This document shows, piece after piece, positions 37,201 to 49,200 of a DNA stretch of 64,000 bases; position 1 is the first letter of the stretch, and each line of letters opens with the position of its first letter. The position numbers and the translations under genes were made by a program. The notes below the pieces were generated by a model. That model was not told the origin of the DNA and did no database searches. It worked only from the letters and a program-made list of their open reading frames with translations. This DNA comes from Octopus sinensis. Its lineage: Eukaryota. The stretch spans positions 142,290,001 to 142,354,000 of the forward strand of contig NC_042999.1 of the NCBI RefSeq assembly GCF_006345805.1. The letters run 5' to 3'.

Positions 37201-40200
37201 TGATCCGTTGGGTAACCTTGTCTGAGATACACTAGTTACACAAGTAAAAAAAAAAAGAAAAGATGATTATAGCTCGGACACTTCATGATGCATGTCATTT
37301 TTATATTTAATGAGTTTGACAATAGTAGGGGAAGGATTATTATTTTTACCACCTTCTTAATGTGGAAGATATGAATAACTATATGAGGATATTGTGGTTA
37401 ATATTAATTTTGAATATTTTACAGATATTTTACAGTAATGAAAACAGAAACAGTTCCTATGGGTTACAGTTCCAAGGAGGAAAAGCTGAAGCTAAGTCCT
37501 AAGTATACAGTCTTGGATGATGAGAGAGCATATGATAGAAGAGAAAAAAAAAGAGCCAGGTAATGTTGTGAGCAGCATAAAGTGAGGTGTAACTGACATG
37601 TGTTTCACTGATACTTACAAAGCAACTTGAAGTACATTCCGGTAAGAGTTATACAGAGCGCTTTCAGCGGCAGTGGTATATTTGACATTATAGCGGGGGC
37701 CAACAGTATGTATGACATACCGTGACAACAACTTATGTCCTTTTGACAGACGTGCCTCACCAGTTTTGAAACCTGAAAACAGAAATCATTATTATTAAAG
37801 TTTTGTATTGAAACAAAAACAAAACAAAAACAACAATAATAATAATCCTTTCTATGAAAGACATAAGGTCTGAGACTTTTGGGGAGAGGGGATCATCATC
37901 ATCATCATCATCGTTTAACGTCCGCTTTATATGCTAGCATGGGTTGGACGGTTCAACTGGGATCTGGCTGCACCAGGCCCAGTCTGATCTGGCAGTGTTT
38001 CTACAGCTGGATGCCCTTCCTAACGCCAACCACTCCGTGAGTGTAGTGGGTGCTTTTTACATGCCACCGGCACAGGTGCCAGACGAGGTTGGCAAACGGC
38101 CACGATCGGATGGTGCTTTTTACGTGCCACCGGCATGGATCAGTTGATTATATTGACCCCAACTGTGTAACTGGTACTTAGTTCATTGACCCCCCCCCCC
38201 CAAAAAAAGGATGAAGGGCAAAGTCAACCTTGGCAGAATTTGAACTCAGAACATAAAGACAGATGAAATGCCGCTAAGCATTTTACCCAGGGTGCTAACG
38301 CTTCTGCCAGCTTGCTGCTTTAATAATAATCCTTTCTACTATAGACACAAGGCCTGACATTTTTGCGGGGAGGGGACTAGTCGATTACATCGACCCCAGT
38401 GTTTAACTGATACTTAATTTATCAAGCCTGAAAGGATGAAAGGCAAAGTCGACCTTGGTAGAATTTAAACTCAGAGCATAGCGATGGGTGAGATACTGCT
38501 AAGTATTTCATCCGATGTGCTTATTATTCTGCCAGCTCACTGCCTTATTAATAATAACAATAATCCTTTCTACTAAAAGAACAAGGCCTGAAATTTAGGG
38601 GTGTGGGGGCATACTAGTCAATTACATTGACCACCAGTGTTTCACTGGTACTTAATTCATCGACCCCCGAAAGGATGAAAGACAAAGTCGACCTTGGCAG
38701 AATTTAAATACTGCTAATGAAAGGCGAAGCCAACCTTGGCAGGATTTGAACTCAAAACATATCATCATCATCGTTTAACATCTGTTTTCCATGCTAGCAT
38801 GGGTTGGACAGTTTGACCGGGGTCTGGGAAGCCAGGAGGCCACACCAGGACCAATCTGATCTGGCAGTGTTTCTACAGCTGGATGCCCTTCCTAACGCCA
38901 ACCACTCCATGAGTGTAGTGGATGTTTTTTACATGCCACCAGCACAGGTGCCAGGGGAGGCTGGCAACAGCTACGACTGGATGGTGCTTTTTACATGCCA
39001 CCGGCACGGGTAACACAACTACAATTTCCATTTGATTTTTATTTTGATGTTGATGTACTTGACTCAATAGGTCTCCCTATAATCCAAGGTAAGCATAGCA
39101 GGCTGTCTTGCGATCCAAGGTACTTTGGATGGGCTGGGGCTGCTATGTGAAGCTGGTGCATGTAACAGCCATGAACTCACTTCATTTGTCGGGTTTTCGC
39201 AGTCACAGCATATCTCCAGAGATCTCGGTCTTTTGTCATTGCCTCTGTGAGGCCCAACGTTCGTAGGTCATGCTTGACCACCTCATTCCATGTCTACCTC
39301 TACCCTGGATTCCTTCAACTGTTTGGGAGTGGCACTTCTTCACACATCTCCCCTCAGAAATGGAAAAAAAATGCTGCTAAGCATTTTGTCTCACTAATGA
39401 TTCTGACAATGCACCACAATAATAATAACTTGGGCACAAAGCCATCAATTTTATGGGAGAGGTATGTTGATTACATTGACCCTAGTTCTCAACTGGTACT
39501 TATTTAGTTCTCAACTGGTACTTATTTAATCTATCCCAAAATGATGAAAGGTAAAATTGACCCTGAGAGGATTTGAACTCAGAGCTTAAAGAGTTGGAAG
39601 AAATGCCACTAAATATTTTGTCTGATATTCTAGCAATTCTGACACAAAGAGTAAACATTCTCAAAAGAGTCAAAGTGATAAATGGTGATTTTGTAATCTT
39701 ATTTTGCTGTTGAGGAAAGAATGATTGTTACAATCTCATTTCCATTTATATACCACTGGAACAAGCAATTGGCTCTACATTTGGATATTTGTTCTGTTAT
39801 GATCTGATGGTCAGATATGATGGTCATTGTTTGCGTGCCTTTGGCCATCGGCCTACCAGATCAACACTGACATAGAGCTAAACAGTGTTCATCAAAAGAA
39901 AAATACACAAAACTAGAGATAGTTCTTATATAACAAGCATTTTGAAGCCATTTTCCTGTTAAAGTAGGAGTAATGGTAGTAATTTTGCTAGCCTCTAAAG
40001 AGTTTTCTTATCATGGTTCCCTTCTTGAGGTAGTTTTATTGTTGGATGCTCTTGTTGTTGCTAACTCTTTTAATCTTCCCTTTGACATGCATTGGTTCAC
40101 ATATTAAGTGGATCAACCTGTAAAGGAGATGCTACAAGACATCATAGGAGTCCTGTGGGAGGTTGGACTCCCTGACAAAGCTGAGCACAAATGATGAGAG

Positions 40201-43200
40201 CACAGAGATAAAAAGGAAATAAAAAAAGAAAAAGTGAAAAGAAAAAAAAACAGAAAAGTAGGAAGGGTAAAAAAAGACAAAGAGATGATTTGGAAAACAA
40301 AATTGTAAAATACTCAGCTGGCACTGACCTCGTATATTGGTATTGATATCAGTGAGCATATCTGGACCAGCTTCTTTGAGGAGGTGTGCTGTCAGTGCAT
40401 ACTTTTCACTAAAGTTCTCATTGGTAGGATGTACTACAGCATGAACATTCAACTGAAGCATGTCTCCTTTCCTGAAAATATTATCAATGTAATTCCATAA
40501 ATGCTTATTTCACAGCCAAGTTATTGTTACTAAAGAAAATCATTAAGGTTTAACCCTTTAGCATTCAGATTACACTTTCAAATGTAACATTCATTCACAT
40601 TGTTTTGAATTAATCATGCATTATCCTGTAGCTTTAAGATTTTGATGATGTGATTGTTTAGTTTTAGAATGACATTGTAGAATGGATGTAAACAGCTGAA
40701 TCTGGCTGGTTTTAACATACAACAGAATATCTGAGTTGGACATGGTTAGTCTAAAAGTAAAGGCATTCTAATAGAAATGTACACCCACACATATCCAAGT
40801 ACAAGTGCTTAAAATCATCACCACTAGCAACAAATTCAAACTACTAGACCAGTTGTTGTGGTGAGAGTATGACACTCTGATGAGAATAGACAGGACCACT
40901 ACATATAAATAGTGGAGGTCTGACATAGTCAGTAGTTTGTAGTTTGGTCTTTGAAGTCCAGGTACAGTTTACAGGATTGTTGGTTTGTTATGTGCTTGTT
41001 ACTGCCACTGTTTCTATCTTGTATTGCTATAATACTGTTACAGTGTATTCTTTATCTACCATCAACAATATCAACCATACTATGATATTGGAGGCTTAAG
41101 GGTATAACATCTGGCGACAAGGATTTTTCAAAGCTCACATTTTGTGCATCATATAAATTGTTAAATTACAGAGAACTTATTAGCTGCAGTAATACAGCCT
41201 TAAGAGAAGCAACAGGAACAACTACAGGAGTCGCAGAGTTAGTCAAGGAAGTCCGAAAATTTGGTAAGTTTGTTCATGCCACATGGCATGGCAAACTCGA
41301 TTTCTGAATTCACTTATAATCTGGAGGAGGGTATTATGTTTCCTGCATACTATAGAATGTATGAGGAAATTTTTAACAAAGACTGTAAGTCATGGTTGGA
41401 CGAGGAGAAAGTGAGGCAATTACAATGCAAGGTAAGCTCTGGTTGAGCATGAATGGTACTGTACCTTTATATTGCCCAAAAAGTTGAGTGAGATTTGTTT
41501 CCAAGAAACTATTGAATTACTCTCAAAGATCTTTTGTGACAAAGTTCGTTATTTAACACTCGAATGGAATGTTGGAACTTAACAAAAAATGATGATGATG
41601 ACTTTATTACATAAGCCTGAGTAGTCAACTGTATGTGTGAAAACTTTAAACTCCAGGAACTCACCTAGCATATGCTTAAATCCTTTATCTTTGTACAAGG
41701 GCTTACTGAAGATAGAGAAATTTGGGCAAGGATTCTCTCAAAAATGGAGCAAGCAAACCAAGACTTAACCCTACAGACCAATGCAGACGAATGTCAAACA
41801 ATGATAAACCTGAAGCACAATGTGAAAAAAATTCAAGAGAAAGATTCTGCAAAAATACAGATCTGTCAATTCAGAAAGTACAACCAAAAAAAAAAAGTGC
41901 CAGGCTCCAATCCATGTTATGGATGTGGAGGCCTATACTCCAGAAAAGAGTGTCCGCTTCATCATCATCATCGTTTAGCGTCTGCTTTCCATGCTAGCAT
42001 GGGTTGGACGGTTCAACTGGGGTCTGGGAAGCCAGAAGGCTGCACCAGGCCCAGTCTGATCTGGCAATGTTTCTACGGCTGGATGCCCTTCCTAACGCCA
42101 ACCACTCCGTGAGTCTAGTGTTGCTTTTTACGTGCCAGACGAGGCTGGCAAACGGCCACGATCAGATGGTGCTTTTTACGTGCCACCGGCACGGGGCCAG
42201 GCGATGCTGGCAACGGCCACCAGAAACTTGGTCACAAAAGCTCACACTGCAGGACAAGAATACAGGGGTCGAATGCAAAAGTTCTAAGGTGTTTTCAGCA
42301 GAAGGTGGATGCAACACAAAAACACGAAAATTTGCAAACATAAAAATAAATGGTGTGAATATTAAACTACAGTTGGATACAAGTAGTGATATTTCAATCA
42401 TAAATGTGGATACATGGAGAAAAATTGGGAAACCAAGGTTACATAAAATTGAACATTGCACGTGGCGTGACAGGCAATAAATTATATTTCATGGGCAGAA
42501 TGTGTACAGATGTCACAATTCAAGGAGAAACACATGAAGCAAAAATATTCATTGTGGAGAATATAATCAACCTGTTTAGTACACATTAATTGGAGTTATT
42601 TGACTTATGGCACCTCCCCATAAGTCCCTACTGCAAAAACATAAATGGTTGTCCCATTCTGAGGAATTGAAGAGAAAATTGAAAAAGATGTTTTCTCAAG
42701 TACTATCAGAAGACTTAGGTCTATGTAAAAAGACTGAAGCCTGCTATCAAGTGAAAACGCAGTGCCTGTATTTAAATTTAACAGAAAAATACCATTCATG
42801 GCAAATGAAATTGTAAATAAAGAGTTGGACAGACTGGAAAAGAGTGGGATCATCAAAAAGGTGGATTACTCTACGTGGGTGGCACCCACAGTGTGCATTA
42901 AAAAGAAAAATACGGTTAGGCAGTGTACCAATTTCTCTACAGGATTGAATGACCGCTTAAAAACATGCCACCATCCACTCCCGAGTGCGATTAAAAAGTG
43001 CGAGTAAGTGGCGAAAGAGCTGGGGATATATAGAGTTGGAGGAGCTACTGGATAGCAATGAAACAGAGGAACAGGGGTGTGAGAGCTAGGCATAGTGAAT
43101 GAAGGAGGAAATGCAAGAGAGAGATGTAGATTAGTTTGTTGGAGTAGGGTGAGGGAAAAGTTTTCTTGTTACGTGTGGGTGGAACACCTAGGTCAGGGGC

Positions 43201-46200
43201 TAGCAGATGGCAATAATAGAGTGAGACAAGGCATGTGGGTAGAACGCACAAGTTGGGGGCAAGCAGAGAGCAATGATACAGTGGCACTGGGCCAAGAGTA
43301 CTAGATTAGGGAGTGGGAGGTAATCATAGTACATGAAGCAGAAATGTGAGGAAGAGAAAAGATGTAGAGATGTAGTTTACTAAATTACAATTTCAAAATG
43401 CAGTATATTCCATAAAAAAAATTGGTCATGTGGCTATCTATCAAAACCAAATCCCCAAAATACAGAACCACCAGAAGATACTGTGATAGCTGCACTGCAG
43501 GCAGAAAATGAAATAAAAAGTATTATGATTAATGTTATCCAAGAACTGCCAGTGACTGCATAGGATATAAGAATGAAATCTGTAGGTAATGAGTATATTA
43601 CAAAAATGAAAGAAGCTTTAAAAAATAAGAACAAAATTACAAATTTGAGTAGTTTCTCAATATGTGACGATATTCTGATGTCTACACAAAGAGTTGTAGT
43701 ACCAACTACATTACAAAAACATGTATTGCAGCAAATCCACAGCGGACAGCTGATGAGAAGCTATGTCTATTCGCTGACTATGGACTGGGATATCGAAAAT
43801 TTGGTGAGAACTTGTCGAGGTTGTGTGCTCACAACCAAAGCTCCACCAGTAAAAAATCAATCATGGCTAGAAACTGAGAACCCATGATCTAGGTTACATA
43901 TCGACTGTGCCAGACCGGTGACTGGCGCTTCCTTAAATTTAGGCACAAGGCCATTTTGAGAGGAGGAGTCAGTCAATACCATTAATCTTAGTATTTGATT
44001 AGTACTTAATTTTATCAACCCAGGGTGGTTGAGAGGCATTTCTGACCTTGGCAGGATTTGAACTGAGATGAGCTAAAAGAAATACCACACAGTGTATTTT
44101 TGATACTTTAATGATTCTATCACCTCACATCCTTCATCTCATGTAAATAAGCCTTTCTATTATAGGTACAAGGCCTGGATTTTGGGGATAGGGTTAGTCA
44201 ATTACATGATCCAGGTACTTGACTGGTACTTTATTGATCTCAAAAATATGAAAGGTAAAGTCAATCTTGATGGAATTTGAACTCAGAACAAAGCAAGAAG
44301 AAAAACTGCTAAGCATTTTGTAGAAATAATTCTGCCAGCTTTTCACCTTAACTCATACTAATGATAAACTTTAATTTTGAATGACAAAAAGTTGGTTTCA
44401 ATTGGTTAATCTAATTTGTTCTGTTTTAAGAAATAAGATATTAAATGATATTATTGTAAGAGAGATTGTTTGGTTGACAGAGTAGATATAATAATTGAGT
44501 ATTATACAAACAAAATTTGTTCTTCAACCCATAAAGCGCAGGGATTTGCACTTACATAGCATAAACGACTGAGCACATTTTATGAAAATGAGACTACCAT
44601 GCATGCATAAAAAACAAAAAATAGTTAAAATATCTTCTTAGTATATAATAGCAGCAAGTTTTATATCATCTGAAAAGTCATTAGTTGAACTATTAGCCCT
44701 CTTGCATTCTGGGGGTTGTTGGAACGTTTGAGTGACATTAGATACCAACAAACGCCTATAAATTAAATGCATCTATCTGGGCCACGATCATGGCTTGTTG
44801 CGCTTTGCGTGTTAATAAAATCCAAAGTCAAAAAGGAGAAAGTAGAAGGCTAGAGTTAGAGTATTATTACTTCAGGCAAAACTATCACTTATACTAGAGA
44901 CATTTCCAGTCAGACACTTGAGCAGTGCTTGAGGGTAGACAAAATTAAACTGAGCTTTAGAATATAGTAATTAAATGCAGATTAGCAACTCTGAATTAAA
45001 CAGGATTTTGATAGACAACTGATATACACATGATAATATATTTATAAAGCTTAGTCATTAGCTGAAAGATTGATGGTATCTTTAGTCAGCCTTCTGAAAA
45101 GATCATGATCAAATAGACAGGACTACAATAATTTCAGCTATTACTTTCTCATAATCACATATCGTAACCATAGGATATTAAGAAGAAGGGGAGAACTATA
45201 TGCTACTTCATTTTCAGCCTGCAGCTATTAAACCATGCACAGACAACCTGCGATATTTGGGCTGCATGTGTCTACGATTTTTCAGTACAACATGTGTAAT
45301 GTCTTGTTTATATAAATGTTAATTTTTTACTAAAATTTTGTACTGTAATTTGTAGGCTTGGCTCTTAATTCGATCAATCTTATTTCTTTCATTTACTCAG
45401 GTTTTCCAATGATCACATCTTTATGATTTGCTGAATGTTATATATGATGCACTTTTGTGTTACAAACAATTTTATGTTAAATTATTCTTTTTGTATTGTT
45501 GGTTATACATTGTCTAGGTTTGTGTTAAACTAATAATGAAGATATTAATGTTAAATTAATGATTCTGATGATGAGAAAACCAAAAAGTGAGTCAAATGTA
45601 GTTATATTTAAAACTGAAATATTTACACCACTACCATCTGAAACTAGGTGACATAAGCTAAATGGAGAAAGGTGGGGGGAAAAGGTATTTGGATATAATG
45701 ACAAGTTCTATTTAGAAAGTGAGAATGGATGCATCATGTGCTTTGGCTGTGTGTGTATGTGAGTGCATGCATGCAATTGTGTGTCATCATTTTATGTCAG
45801 CTTTCCCAGCTGGACGGTCACCATGGTCCCGTGTCAGCTTTTATTTGGAGTTACAGCCCCACTAGACATGGCATGGGACCACGTCTTGCTTGTATGTTTA
45901 TTTTAGCATGGTTTGTGTGACTGGATGCCCTTCCCAACACAAACCACTGTTGAATGTACTGAGTTCATTTTAATGTGGCACCAGCACTAGTAAGGTTACC
46001 ATGTACTCTACAAGAGAGGAGTCTGTCCCAATCAGAATAATGTAGCCAATATAGAGAAGAAAAGAGAGGGCCACTGTAAAGATTGATCTAGGGTTTGTGG
46101 GTGAAGGAGAGAGAGTATGGAGGTGGAACCAGAGTGGTTAGGATGATGGCATGGAAGAGAAGACAGAAATAGAAGGGACAGTGCTAGAGCAATGAAAAGG

Positions 46201-49200
46201 CAGAGTGTGTGAGAGAGAGTGTCTGTGTGTGTAATGACACAGGTGGAATAATGGCAGTCACAACAATGTAAGTAAGAGAAGAGGGTGAAATGAGAGGCAG
46301 CACGTGAGAAATAGTAAAGGGTTATGGGAAAGAGACATTAATGGCAGCTACATATTTGCAGTTAAGACTGATGTTTATATACTAGACTATTTCTCAGTAC
46401 ATTCTTATTCTCTCTTATTGTAGACAAGTCAATAGTTATAACTATTTATATGTATACAAATAATTATAATGACAAAATGAAAAAAAAGATAGATGCATAT
46501 AATTTATAGGCTTTTGTTGGGGTCTATTCTAAGAAACAACTGTTCAAGTGATAGATTCAATTATTTTATAAAATAATTATCTGAGGATGCTATAAAATTG
46601 AGGTTTTAAACTAAAACTAGAAATGCAAAACGTCACTGATAAGTTTGAAACTAAACAATGCCCAGTTGGAGCAGTTGTCAAAAGTGAACAACTAAAGAGC
46701 AGCATTCTCAGCTGTATATATTCTTTTATTTATTTCAGTTATTTGACTGCGACCATGCTGGGGCACTGCCTTTAGTCGAACAAATTGACCCCAGGACTTA
46801 TTCTTTGTAAGCCAAATACTTATTCTATTGGTTTCTTTTGTGGAATTGCTAAGTTACAGGGACGTAACCACATCAACATCAGTTGTCAAGCGATGGTGGA
46901 GAGACAAACACACATATATAGATACATATACAAGCTTCTTTCAGTTTCCATCTTCCAAATCCACTCACAAGGCTTTGGTCGGCCAGAGGCTATAGTACAA
47001 GACACTTGCCCAAGGTGCCATGCAGTAGGACTGAACCCAGAGCCATGTGGTTGGTAAGTAAGCTAGTTACAACACAGTCACTCCTACACATAGGACTTTT
47101 TTATACTCATTTTCTGTGCTAGTTTGAAGGACAGATGGAACTTTAAAACTTGGAAACTTTCCTGCCAATAAATTTTTCATTAAGTAGAAAGTGGAATCTT
47201 TTGCAAGTCAAGCATACTGAGGCAAGCAGACTTAGGTGCCATATTCGATAAGAGTGCTTAGATTTGAATTCATGTGGTCAGTAACCTTCTTGTGCCTGTA
47301 ATATATATTTCTTACTTAGGTACAAGGCTTCCTCACATGCATAGCTAATTAAATGGATTTCAATACATATCTTGAATAATGACAGCCAACATTGACACCA
47401 AGTTGGATGTCAATTCAGAATGTTGAGGAATGGAGTTATAAAGATATCTTATAGTTTTTTGTTTTTTCGTTGCAGTCCAACACCTTATCAGTTTATTCTT
47501 TTAGTCTCTATTTCAGCCAATGCTCAGTGGCCATATGGGGCACTCCCCACAAGGGTTTAAGTTGATCATTTTGACTCCATTACTTATTCCTTATTTCACT
47601 GGATGATCAAGAAGCATTTTGACACATCACTTGTTATACAGGTGAATATAAACACACTTAAACACATGATCTTGGACGGTTACTGTCTACCAAATTCAAT
47701 TCACAAAATATAGGTCAATCTGCATTAAAAAATAAAATATAAATATCCAACTAAAAGTTAACCTCTTTACACAGAAGTTGCTTTACATTAAAATAAATTT
47801 TTAATATATATACATACATACACACACACACGCACACACTGGCATTGACAAAAGCAGTGTGAGGAGTACATCAAAAATAGATAATGAATTACAAAAACAC
47901 TGATAATTTATCAAATGTAAATTTGTTTTTCAAAATATTCTATTCTTATAACCATATCCTAATAATAAATATTTCTAAATTAAGTACAAGGCTGGCAGTT
48001 TTGAGGGGAGGAAAATTAGTTGATTACATTGAGCCAAGTACTTAACTGGTATTTTATTTTATTGATCTCAGAAAGGTTGAAAAGTAAAGTTGATATCGGC
48101 AGAATTTGAACTCAGAATGTAAAGAGCTGCAAAGAACTTTTTCCAACACTAACAGTTCTGCAAACCAACTAACTGACAATGTTTCTAATATATGCACAAG
48201 GCCAGCAATTTTGAAGGAGGGGATTAGTTGATTAAAATGACTCCAACATCTGAGTGGCATTTTATCATTCTATTTTATCAAATCTGAGAGAAGAAAAGGC
48301 AAGGCTGACCTTAGTGTGATTTGAACTCAAATTATAAAGTGCTGAAACAAATAGTGCAAAAGTTTTTGTTTTATTTTTTTGACACTACTGATTATACCAG
48401 TACACTGCCAACAATAATAATATTTTCTGCTATAGGGACAAGGTCTGAAAGCCTTGATACTCAACTGAATGGATGAAAGGTAAAATTAACCTTGGTGGAA
48501 TTTGAACTCAGAACATAAACCTGGAAGAAATGCAACTAAGCATTTTATCCACTGTGTTAATGATTCTGCCAGCTCACTGCCTTAATAATAATAATCCTTT
48601 CTACTTATGACATGCATAAGATCTGGTCATCAAATCTAAGTAGAGATTTCAAACTTAAAATCTTCAAAGCCACAGTCAAACCAATTCAACTATATGGCTC
48701 AGAAACCTGGATGTTATCAAAGAAGCTTGAGAGACAGTTGGATGGAACTTACACTCGCCTCCTTATGAGAGCTCAAAATCTCTCGTGGAAGCGTCATCCA
48801 ACCAAAGTACAAATATATGGGAAACTACCACCTGTATCATCTCTTGTGAAAGGTAGGAGAGTCCTGTTTGCTGGACATTGTTTTAGAGCTGAAAACGAGG
48901 CAATTTCTACTCTTCTCCTCTAGAAGCCATCTACTCATGATACCAGAGGGCGCACACTCTCCTACCCTGATGTAATCTCCAGGGATACAGGCATCCAGCA
49001 ACAGGACCTCCGTAATGCCATGATGGACTGTGAAGTCTGGCGTAGCATAATAAATTCCATTGTCTCGACCACGGTCGAACAATGATGATGATCTACTATA
49101 GGAACAAAGTCTGAAATTGAGGGAAGGGGATAGTTGATTACATTGACTCCAGTCTTCGGCTGGTACTTTTTTCATCAACCCTAAAAGGATGAAAGGCAAA

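Noticed and set aside
17492-40883. Canonical CTGATGA hammerhead cores at 17492, 20448, 31118, 31438 and 40877
   Set aside because: None has a complete stem II plus GAAA plus stem I arrangement. 31100-31470 may be a decayed Penelope-type end but is unsupported.
24613-42480. Recurrent MDGSTG.../MGWTV... ORFs that look like a gene family
   Set aside because: They are translations of the RTE 3'-UTR repeat, with frame breaks differing between copies.
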